Assembly: GCA_027319565.1 (NCBI GenBank)
Contig: DAHVNA010000008.1
Location: forward strand, 1 to 54,215
Source: Elusimicrobiota bacterium
Lineage (GTDB): Bacteria > Elusimicrobiota > Elusimicrobia > UBA1565 > UBA9628
Direction of reading: 5' to 3'
DNA: 54,215 bases
Shown in pieces: positions 8,594-16,129 of this stretch (the first letter of the stretch is position 1; every line of letters starts with the position of its first letter). Position numbers and translations under genes: made by a program. A model generated the notes under the pieces. The model was not told the DNA's origin, did no database searches, and was given only the letters and a program-made list of their open reading frames with translations.

Positions 8594-9051
8594 GGGGTTT
8601 TCTTAATGACAACCTTTGGGTCGATATGGTGAATATGAAGTATCGCGGTATTTTTCATTTCCGGGTCCGTTGCCCACTTAAGACATTCCTGCCATTCTTT
8701 AAGGGCTTTTTTCGTCTCTTTTCTATATTCGTAAATCAAACCCAGCATATAATGGCCTTCGACCAGTTTCGGATCAATTTTGACCGCTTCCTCAAACGCC
8801 CTTCTTGAATCGCTGTAGCGCTTCATTTTTTTAAAAATAAAGCCTAGTTGAATTTCAAGTTCCGCATTCTTGGGATATTTTTGGGCGGCCTCTTCAATGA
8901 CGTCCTTGGCTTGAACTAAATCGGGGCTCACCGCGGGAGAGGCATGAGCGGGCTTAACCGTTCCGGCGGCTTTCTGCGCGCAAAAAGCCATAGAACCGAC
9001 GAACATAAAGATGGACACGAACGCGAAAACCTTAGAAGAAATTAATTTCAT
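8590..9051 (-). CDS. Exported tetratricopeptide-repeat protein
   Basis: Signal peptide after a GGAGG-preceded ATG at 9051. TPR-like units LGFIF...AFEEAVKIDP and GHYMLGLIY. Confidence 0.8.
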   Translation of the reverse strand: MKLISSKVFAFVSIFMFVGSMAFCAQKAAGTVKPAHASPAVSPDLVQAKDVIEEAAQKYPKNAELEIQLGFIFKKMKRYSDSRRAFEEAVKIDPKLVEGHYMLGLIYEYRKETKKALKEWQECLKWATDPEMKNTAILHIHHIDPKVVIKKTP

Positions 9052-9073
9052 ATCTGCCTCCCAGAAAATTATG

Positions 9074-9367
9074 TTAGCAAATTCCAAGCTCGCTTAAAAT
9101 TTGCGGGATATCGGCCAATCCAACACGGCTTTTCCAAACCCCATCGGGGTAAATGAATAAATTAGGGCCCTGGGCGCACAAATCAAGGCAACCCGAGCTT
9201 GCCACCCTGATTTTGCCTTTAAGGCCCGCCGCCTTGACGGACTCTTTAAGGGCCTTGCAAAGCTCAGAGCCGCCTTCCAAGGAATGGGCGCAGGAAGGCC
9301 GCCCGTCTTCTCTTTTATTGACGCAAACAAAAATAGTTTTCTGATAAGGAATTTTTTTTCGTTCCAT
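9074..9367 (-). CDS. Thioredoxin-like [2Fe-2S] ferredoxin
   Basis: IFVC-x10-C ... SGCLDLCAQGP..IYPDGVW pattern. Confidence 0.88.
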   Translation of the reverse strand: MERKKIPYQKTIFVCVNKREDGRPSCAHSLEGGSELCKALKESVKAAGLKGKIRVASSGCLDLCAQGPNLFIYPDGVWKSRVGLADIPQILSELGIC

Positions 9368-10095
9368 TAAGATAACTCTTCAAGCCAAAAAGGAGCTTCC
9401 TGTTGCGCTTTCAGAAAATCTTCCGAACTCCCGACATCTTTCCAGGCAAAAGCGTCGGCCAAATAAGCCCGAATATTTTCGCCCTCTTCTGCCAAACGGA
9501 GATATAAGTCAATGATAGAAAATTTCCCGACTTCCTCAATTTTTGAAAATATCCTGGGGCTGACGACATGTATCCCGTCAAAAGCCAGGGCCTTCAATTC
9601 CTCTGATTTTGAAAAAGACCGGGGTTTTCCCTCTTTTTGGTATCCGCATAAACGGCCTTTCTCAAATAAAAGAAGGCGAGAGCTCAAGCGCTGGCGCACC
9701 GATAGGGTCGCAAGAGCGTCCCTGGAATCCAAGTGAAACCGGTAAAGCCCCTTTAAATCAACCCGGCTTAAGACATCGGCGTTATGAATGAAGAAAGGCG
9801 CATCCTCATTAAAAAAACGCGCCGCGTTTTTAAGCCCGCCACCAGTCTCTAAAATCTCCTCTTCATGGGAAATGAAAACGGGAACGCCAAAAGACTTTTG
9901 GGAAATAAAATTTTTAATTTGATCGGCCTTATAATGGGTGTTGATGATAATCGATGAAACCTGAGCCTTCACGAGCCGCCGAATGGCGATTTCAAGAAGC
10001 GGCACGCCTCCAATGGTCAAAAGAGGCTTGGGATTTTTCTCGGTTAACGGCCCCAGTCTCTTGCCAAACCCGGCCGAGAAAATTAAAGCCTGCAT
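9367..10095 (-). CDS. murU: Sugar-phosphate nucleotidyltransferase, probably MurNAc-1P uridylyltransferase
   Basis: AGFGKRLGPLT..PKPL, EEILETGGGL, HNADV and WKDVG. Directly downstream of an AmgK-like kinase. Confidence 0.75.
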   Translation of the reverse strand: MQALIFSAGFGKRLGPLTEKNPKPLLTIGGVPLLEIAIRRLVKAQVSSIIINTHYKADQIKNFISQKSFGVPVFISHEEEILETGGGLKNAARFFNEDAPFFIHNADVLSRVDLKGLYRFHLDSRDALATLSVRQRLSSRLLLFEKGRLCGYQKEGKPRSFSKSEELKALAFDGIHVVSPRIFSKIEEVGKFSIIDLYLRLAEEGENIRAYLADAFAWKDVGSSEDFLKAQQEAPFWLEELS

Positions 10096-10108
10096 GAAAG
10101 GATAAAGC

Positions 10109-11554
10109 CTAAGAGACAGGCTGGGGCAAACTTAAGTGTTTCACCGGAGCGTTTAAAGAGAAATTTTTTCTCAGATGTTCCGCCAGTTTTTCCGCGCAAT
10201 AGACCGAGCGGTGGCGCCCGCCCGTGCATCCAAAAGCGACAAAAAGATTTAAAAAGCCGCGGGACATATAATTTTCAACGCTTTGATCGACAATTGAAAA
10301 GATGGAAGTTAAAAATCTCTTAACCTCGGGGCTTTTGTCTAAAAGCGAAATGACCTCGGCATCTAACCCCGTTAAATGGGCCATTTTTTTATCCCGTCCG
10401 GGATTCGGCAATGCCCGGCAATCAAACACAAAACCGCCGCCATGCCCGTTTTCATCTTTAGGAACTCCGTCGGGATAAGAGAAACTAAAAATACTCACCG
10501 TCAGTTTCTTGGTCGCCACGCCCAAGCTCATCAACTGGGAAGAAGAAGCCATTTTCTTGAGCAAAGGGATAAAGGCGGGCAAGGGAACTCCTAGTTCTTG
10601 GGTTTCCAAAAGCCAGGATAAATTCTTAAGAGCGAAAGGAATACTCTGGAGAAAATGGGGTTTTCTCTCGTAAAATCCTCTCAAGCCGTAAGCGCCCAGG
10701 GCTTGGAGAATGCGGATCAGAATAAAGCCCGGGTAATATTTCATGAAGGCCGCGCGATTGTAAGACGTCGTTTTTCCCACAGCTTTTAAGTAGGCCTCTA
10801 ACAATTCTTCTCGAAAGCCCGCGCTGAGATTAGCCTTAGCGTCAAAAGCGAGGGAAGCGATATCATACTGCAAGGCCCCATGCCGCCCGCCCTGATAATC
10901 GATAAAAGCGGGCTTCCCGCCGCAAACCATGATATTTCTCGACTGAAAATCTCGGTACAAGAAATAATTGGAATCGGCTTCGGAGAGAAAATCCGCAAAA
11001 CGCTCAAAATCTTCTTCCAAGGCCTGTTCGTCAAACGGGATATGAGCCAAGGTCAAAAAATAATATTTAAAATGATTCATGTCCCAAAGCATGGATTTTT
11101 TATCAAAACGGGCGCGCGGATAGCAGACGGAATAGTCCAAATTTTTTCCCGCGTCTATTTGAAAACGCGGCAGGGTTTGCGCCGCTTCCAAGTAGACGGA
11201 AGCAACCTCGCTGGGCATCTTCTGCTTCGAGCGGTTTTGAGAGAGGTAATCAAAAAGGGTCACATCTCCCAAATCTTCTTCCAGATAGACCCCCACGCCA
11301 AGGTTTTCCGCGTAGATTTCCGGCACGAAAAGCCCGCTTTTGCGGAAATGTCTTGAGAAAGAAAGGAAAGCCTCGTTTTCCTTCCGCTCCGGCCCCCAAA
11401 CGCCGATGACGCTCAGATTTTTGGCACGCAAGCGGAAAATCTTCCGGCTGGATCCGTCGCCTTTCAAAGCCTCAATAGAAACAGGAATTTGAGAGAAGGT
11501 TTTTTTAAATAGGGCTAAAAGAGATGACTCCGGAGTTTCCGACGCGCCTCTCAC
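10109..11554 (-). CDS. AmgK-like anomeric MurNAc/GlcNAc kinase fused to a RapZ C-terminal domain
   Basis: Kinase motifs GDGSSRKIFR, EEDLGD, YRDFQSRNIM and IDYQ..G.LQYD. The C-terminal part has SFSY..G.P, FVFDCRALPNP and AFGCTGGRHRSV. Confidence 0.85.
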   Translation of the reverse strand: MRGASETPESSLLALFKKTFSQIPVSIEALKGDGSSRKIFRLRAKNLSVIGVWGPERKENEAFLSFSRHFRKSGLFVPEIYAENLGVGVYLEEDLGDVTLFDYLSQNRSKQKMPSEVASVYLEAAQTLPRFQIDAGKNLDYSVCYPRARFDKKSMLWDMNHFKYYFLTLAHIPFDEQALEEDFERFADFLSEADSNYFLYRDFQSRNIMVCGGKPAFIDYQGGRHGALQYDIASLAFDAKANLSAGFREELLEAYLKAVGKTTSYNRAAFMKYYPGFILIRILQALGAYGLRGFYERKPHFLQSIPFALKNLSWLLETQELGVPLPAFIPLLKKMASSSQLMSLGVATKKLTVSIFSFSYPDGVPKDENGHGGGFVFDCRALPNPGRDKKMAHLTGLDAEVISLLDKSPEVKRFLTSIFSIVDQSVENYMSRGFLNLFVAFGCTGGRHRSVYCAEKLAEHLRKNFSLNAPVKHLSLPQPVS

Positions 11555-11955
11555 GAAGCCTTGCCCTTCTTGCGGTTTTCGACCGCCACAATCGCGTGCT
11601 CAATCTTGGTCTTGAGCGCCTCGATTTCGACGGGCTTGACAATATAATCGACGGCGCCAAATAAAAGAGCGTCATTTAAGGTCGCGGCATCGGCAAGACC
11701 GGAAACGACGATGATGGGGATATCGGAATAATTCGCGGAAGCCCGAAGCTCCCGCGTAAAAGCGATTCCGTCTTCTCCCGGCATCATGATATCCATCAAA
11801 ATCAGGCTTGGCTTGCGCACTTGAATGGCTTCCCGCGCCTCTTTAGCGCTTTGAGCGCATGCGGCGTCATAGCCTAAAAGCGGCAACGTCTTTTCGTAAA
11901 ACTCGCACAGAGACACTTCATCATCTACCGCCAGAACTAAGTGTTTATTCGCCAT
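11551..11955 (-). CDS. Single-domain response regulator
   Basis: VLAVDDE, LILMDIMMP and DYIVKP. Start set at ATG 11955, after AAGGA. Confidence 0.9.
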   Translation of the reverse strand: MANKHLVLAVDDEVSLCEFYEKTLPLLGYDAACAQSAKEAREAIQVRKPSLILMDIMMPGEDGIAFTRELRASANYSDIPIIVVSGLADAATLNDALLFGAVDYIVKPVEIEALKTKIEHAIVAVENRKKGKAS

Positions 11956-12457
11956 GATTATTCCTTTGTCCGGCCCACGAATCAAGAGCCCAAATCGGCT
12001 GAACCCTAAATATAATCAGCGATAAGATGATGAGGATAAAATCAACCCCAATCATGATTTTAGGCTCGGGATGAAAAGAAGCTCCAAAACAGCCGCAGCT
12101 AGGAAGCTCGATGCCGCGAACCTTTAAAGAGAAAAGCGCAAAGTCAAAAGCGATAAACAAAACCCCGGAAGCGGCGGCGGCAAGACGCAAGACATATCCC
12201 GCCAACAAACTATATCCGATCAACAGCTCAAGCCACGGCAAGAATGTCGCCAAGGTTAAAGCGGTTGAAGGAGAAACCAAATTATAGGCTTGAATAATGA
12301 GAGCGAATTCTTCCTTGGGAGCCGCCAATTTAGAGACTCCGGCGACAATCAACACAATTCCAATGAGAAGCCGGGCAAAAACGGAAACGAACTGAAAGGG
12401 CTTAGAAGATGCGCCTCGTTTTTCCGGCGAACTTTTGACTTCGGTTTCTTTATCCAT
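11945..12457 (-). CDS. MauE/DoxX-family membrane protein
   Basis: About 4 TM segments, with ARLLIG...AGVSKL, LPWLELLIG and the CGCFG motif. Confidence 0.85.
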   Translation of the reverse strand: MDKETEVKSSPEKRGASSKPFQFVSVFARLLIGIVLIVAGVSKLAAPKEEFALIIQAYNLVSPSTALTLATFLPWLELLIGYSLLAGYVLRLAAAASGVLFIAFDFALFSLKVRGIELPSCGCFGASFHPEPKIMIGVDFILIILSLIIFRVQPIWALDSWAGQRNNHGE

Positions 12458-13073
12458 GTTTTTGGGCCAGAATTTTATCGATCCAAATCGGCCCTAAGGC
12501 CGAGAGTTGAAGCCCTCCAATAAATCTCTTTCCGTTAATAAAAAAAGTGGGCGTCGCGCTCACCCATCGCTCTTGACCTTCCTTGACGTCCGCATCTATT
12601 AAAGCGACCGTTTTCGGGTCTTTTAAACAGGCCTTAAAGGCCGCGTTATCCAAACCCAAGGATTTCACGTAACCCTCAATCGCGTCAGGCGGGGATTTCG
12701 CTTCGACCCACTTGTCTTGATTTTCATACAACAAGTCGTGAAATTCCCAAAATTTTCCCTGTTCGCCCACGCATTCCGCCGCGATGGCGGCGGTCTTAGC
12801 CCAAGGGTGAATATGCTCAAGAGGGAAATCCTTGAATATAAAGCGCACCTTGGAACCGTAGAGGGCTAAGAGCTGTTTTCGAGGCCCTTCTGCCGCCCGA
12901 CAGGCGGGACATTCAAAATCGGAGAATTCTGAAATCGTAATTGGAGCGTCGGCCGAACCCTCGATGCGATAAGCGGGAGCGGTCTCCACATAAGGCTTGC
13001 GGCTTTTCTTGGCTAAAAGCCCGGTCACGGCGACCAAAGCCAAAATAATAAGCCCTCCGTAAACGCGCTTCAT
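12450..13073 (-). CDS. DsbA-family thiol:disulfide oxidoreductase with N-terminal anchor
   Basis: EFSDFECPAC, FKDFPL and cis-Pro loop ATPTFFING. Confidence 0.9.
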   Translation of the reverse strand: MKRVYGGLIILALVAVTGLLAKKSRKPYVETAPAYRIEGSADAPITISEFSDFECPACRAAEGPRKQLLALYGSKVRFIFKDFPLEHIHPWAKTAAIAAECVGEQGKFWEFHDLLYENQDKWVEAKSPPDAIEGYVKSLGLDNAAFKACLKDPKTVALIDADVKEGQERWVSATPTFFINGKRFIGGLQLSALGPIWIDKILAQKHG

Positions 13074-13080
13074 CCCGATT

Positions 13081-13086
13081 ATTCTA
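13081..13086 (-). promoter_or_regulatory. Candidate -10 element (TAGAAT) 7 nt before the DsbA-family start codon
   Basis: The minus strand reads TTTTG-TAGAAT-AATCGGG-ATG. No recognisable -35, and no SD at normal spacing. Confidence 0.4.
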
Positions 13087-13122
13087 CAAAACCTTGGCGC
13101 CTATCGGGCCTCCAACTTCACT

Positions 13123-15639
13123 TTACGAGCATTCGGAAAACCCGCAATCGTGGCAGACAGGACCGGGGCATCCGGATTCAAACGAGACATTGGAAGAATA
13201 ACATTTCGGGCAATAAGAGCTCAAAGGAAGGGAAGTTGCCTCCGCCTTTATGGAATCCGCAGACTCTTCCAGCCACCCAGTCTTTTTCAAATGCTGGCGA
13301 AGAGCGATCGCGATCGCATGGGGAATGGAATCGACCCTGTTTTCCCCAAAGCCGGAAGGCCTGTCACCCTTGACGCAGTTGAGGTGTTTAAGAACGCGAA
13401 TGGGATCTCCGCCTTCCGCAAAGTACTTCGACAAAAGAATTCCCACCAAGGATGTCAGCCCCGAGATTTCGGTTCCCAGGGGCGGGATATTCGTGAATAT
13501 CTGATAAGGTCCCCTTTCGTCGTAATTGATATGAATGTGAAGCGGCCCGTATCCAGTTCGCATTTGGTAATACTCGGAAGAAACGCCAAAGGCCCGCTGA
13601 ACCGATTCGCGGCGGCTTTTTTTCTCTTGCGCCGGAGAAATGTTTAAGACCTGCTGGGCTTTGGAACCATCCCGATAGATGGTAATTCCCTTGCAGTTGA
13701 GTTCATAGGCCAACAAATAAGCCCGGCGAACGTCTTCGACCGTCGCGGAATGGGGAAGATTGATGGTCTTTGAAACTCCGTTGTCGATATGTTTTTGGAA
13801 TGCGGCCTGAATGCGCACGTGATCTTCAATTCCGACATCATGGGCCGTTGGAAACAAGGATTGGATTTTGGCAGGAATCACCGATAACCCGCGAACGGAT
13901 TTATGGTTCTTGTCAATCAAGCTCCACAACTCTTTTTCCGATAGTCCAAAGAAGTTGTTTTCCTTGGCGATACTCTGAAAGAGGGGGTTAATTTCAAAGA
14001 AAACGTCTTTGTCGGCCGGTTTCTCGCCATTTTTAATCTTGGCCAGAGCCTGCGCATTGTAGCGGGTATAAGCGATGGCGAAAAAGGGCTCAATTCCCCC
14101 CCCTTGAAGCCCGGCGGCAATCGCGATCGTTCCGGTCGGAGCGATAGTCGTTCGCGCGCAATGACGGGGGGTGCGGCTTTCCCCTCTAAAGTAAGAGCCT
14201 TCCGAATCATAGACTGAATTTTTCCAGTTCGGGAAGACTCCGCGCTCTTTAGCTAATTCTTCGGAAGCGTGGAGCGCCGCATCGTTGATGGAATGCATCA
14301 ACTTTTCGGCAAAAGAAAGACAAACTTCTGAGTCATAGGGAATTCCCACCTTGACCAAGGCCTCGGCAAAACCCATAACCCCAAGACCGATTCGGCGGTT
14401 TCCCTTGGCCATCCGCTCAATTTCAGGGAGAGGATAATTATTGACTTCAATGACGTCGTCTAAAAACCGGATGGCGACCCGGACCGCCTCGCCGAGCTTC
14501 TTAAAATCAAACTCCCCCGACATCGTTTTTCCATGAACGAAGTTGGAAAGATTGATCGAGCCTAAATTGCAAGGCTCCCAGGGCAAAAGTGGCTGCTCTC
14601 CGCAAGGATTAGTTGACTCGATTTGTCCCAAGGCCGGAGTGGGGTTTGAGCCGGAAGAATTAATTCGGTCAATGACAATCATTCCCGGGTCTCCGGTCTT
14701 CCACGCCTGCTCAACCATCAGATCAAAAATTTCGCGCGCTTTGACTCTTCCAGCGGGTTCCTTGGTCCGTGGATTTAAGAGATCGTACTCGGAGTCGGCG
14801 GCTACCGCTTTCATGAACGTCTCATCGATGGCGACCGAGACGTTGAAGTTCTCCATCACGCCGGGCTGGGATTTAAGAGTGATAAAATCCTTGATCTCGG
14901 GATGGGTGTAATGCAAAATCCCCATATTGGCCCCTCTACGAGTCCCGCCTTGCTTAACGACTTCGGTCATCTTGTCGAAAAGCTGCATAAATGAAATCGC
15001 GCCCGAAGCGACTCCGTGGGTTTTTTTAACCAAATCTCCGCGGGAGCGAAGCCGGCTGAAAGCGAAACCCGTTCCGCCGCCGGATTTTTGAATCAAGGAT
15101 TGCGCCGCCAAGGCGTCGTTAATGCCTTCCATGGAATCGGCGACCGGAAGAACATAACAAGCCGACAATTGCTGCAAATCCCGCCCCGCGTTCATCAAGG
15201 TCGGAGAATTGGGCAGAAAATCCCAGGACGACATCAAGGAGAAAAACTTATCCTCCCATTCAGACACCAAGGCTTGAGCGGTTTTATTTTTTTGATAAAT
15301 CTTTTCAAGGTTTGACATTAAAAGAGAGAAGTTTTTTTCTCTCTCGGAAGAAGAACGCAGTCCCTCGTGGAAAAGATTCATCCGAGAAACGGCATTGCCG
15401 GCCACGGCCGGAATTTCTTGGGCGCTGAGATGAACGCCTTCAAACGCTCCCCACTCCGACGCGCGAGAATCATAGAGAATTTCCGCTAAGGCGATATTGT
15501 GGGCGACTCCCCTAAGCCATGTTTCAACCGACGCCGCATCTCGAAGGTATTTATCCTTGATGACCTTTAATTGGTTTTCAGTAACTGAAACGCTCCCTGC
15601 GGAATGTGCGGCTTTCTCAAGCGATGTTTTATGGCTCAT
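13123..15639 (-). CDS. nrdJ: Class II (adenosylcobalamin-dependent) ribonucleotide reductase
   Basis: FLPNSPTLMNAG, QLSAC, TNPCGEQ, CNLGSINL, RRIGLG, TIAPTGT and KGITIYRDGS, plus a C-terminal Zn-ribbon CPKC..CHDCGFSEC. Start set at ATG 15639, after GGAGG. Confidence 0.93.
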   Translation of the reverse strand: MSHKTSLEKAAHSAGSVSVTENQLKVIKDKYLRDAASVETWLRGVAHNIALAEILYDSRASEWGAFEGVHLSAQEIPAVAGNAVSRMNLFHEGLRSSSEREKNFSLLMSNLEKIYQKNKTAQALVSEWEDKFFSLMSSWDFLPNSPTLMNAGRDLQQLSACYVLPVADSMEGINDALAAQSLIQKSGGGTGFAFSRLRSRGDLVKKTHGVASGAISFMQLFDKMTEVVKQGGTRRGANMGILHYTHPEIKDFITLKSQPGVMENFNVSVAIDETFMKAVAADSEYDLLNPRTKEPAGRVKAREIFDLMVEQAWKTGDPGMIVIDRINSSGSNPTPALGQIESTNPCGEQPLLPWEPCNLGSINLSNFVHGKTMSGEFDFKKLGEAVRVAIRFLDDVIEVNNYPLPEIERMAKGNRRIGLGVMGFAEALVKVGIPYDSEVCLSFAEKLMHSINDAALHASEELAKERGVFPNWKNSVYDSEGSYFRGESRTPRHCARTTIAPTGTIAIAAGLQGGGIEPFFAIAYTRYNAQALAKIKNGEKPADKDVFFEINPLFQSIAKENNFFGLSEKELWSLIDKNHKSVRGLSVIPAKIQSLFPTAHDVGIEDHVRIQAAFQKHIDNGVSKTINLPHSATVEDVRRAYLLAYELNCKGITIYRDGSKAQQVLNISPAQEKKSRRESVQRAFGVSSEYYQMRTGYGPLHIHINYDERGPYQIFTNIPPLGTEISGLTSLVGILLSKYFAEGGDPIRVLKHLNCVKGDRPSGFGENRVDSIPHAIAIALRQHLKKTGWLEESADSIKAEATSLPLSSYCPKCYSSNVSFESGCPGPVCHDCGFSECS

Positions 15640-15679
15640 AGTAACCTCCGAGTTCGGAAAGATCCCTGCGTCAACAATA

Positions 15680-15703
15680 AACGGTAACAAGAAGTTTACC
15701 GTT
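15680..15703. promoter_or_regulatory. Inverted repeat AACGGTAA-N8-TTACCGTT over the nrdJ -10/TSS; candidate operator
   Basis: Perfect 8-bp arms at 15680-15687 and 15696-15703. Confidence 0.55.
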
Positions 15704-15721
15704 ACAAAAGGCTTCTGTCAA
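15693..15721 (-). promoter_or_regulatory. sigma70-type promoter for nrdJ
   Basis: The minus strand reads TTGACA (15721-15716), a 17-nt spacer, then TAAACT (15698-15693). Confidence 0.75.
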
Positions 15722-15734
15722 GGTCTTGACAAAA
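15704..15734 (-). terminator. Weak terminator-like hairpin just after the ridA stop
   Basis: TTTTGTCAA-GACC-TTGACAGAA stem (9 bp, one G:U), followed by GCC-TTTTGT. The stem is AT-rich and the U-tract short. Confidence 0.3.
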
Positions 15735-15742
15735 CGAAAATT

Positions 15743-16129
15743 TTATTTTCTAATCGCGACGGCGTCAATTTCGATAGAGACGCCCTTGGGCAGAGATTTG
15801 ACTTCCACGGTCGCGCGAGCGGGATAGGGCTGCTTAAAATGTCCGGCATAGGCTTCGTTCATGGCTGGAAATTGCGATAAGTCGGTCATGTAAACCGTAG
15901 TCTTGACGACATCAGACAAAGACAAGCCCACCGTTCTCAAAATGGCGTCAACTTGCCCCAAGCATTGATTCGTCAATTCCGCAATCGTTCCTTTTATTGG
16001 GTTTCCCGCGGGGTCGGCGGGAATCTGTCCGGACACAAACACTAAATTTCCCACTTGAACGGCCTGGGAATAAGGACCGATGGCCTTTGGCGCGAGGTCG
16101 CTGTGAAGGGCTTGTTTTTCATTATTCAT
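15743..16129 (-). CDS. ridA: RidA-family reactive intermediate/imine deaminase
   Basis: APKAIGPYSQA, VSGQIP, NEAY...F..PYPAR and IEIDAVA. Confidence 0.92.
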   Translation of the reverse strand: MNNEKQALHSDLAPKAIGPYSQAVQVGNLVFVSGQIPADPAGNPIKGTIAELTNQCLGQVDAILRTVGLSLSDVVKTTVYMTDLSQFPAMNEAYAGHFKQPYPARATVEVKSLPKGVSIEIDAVAIRK

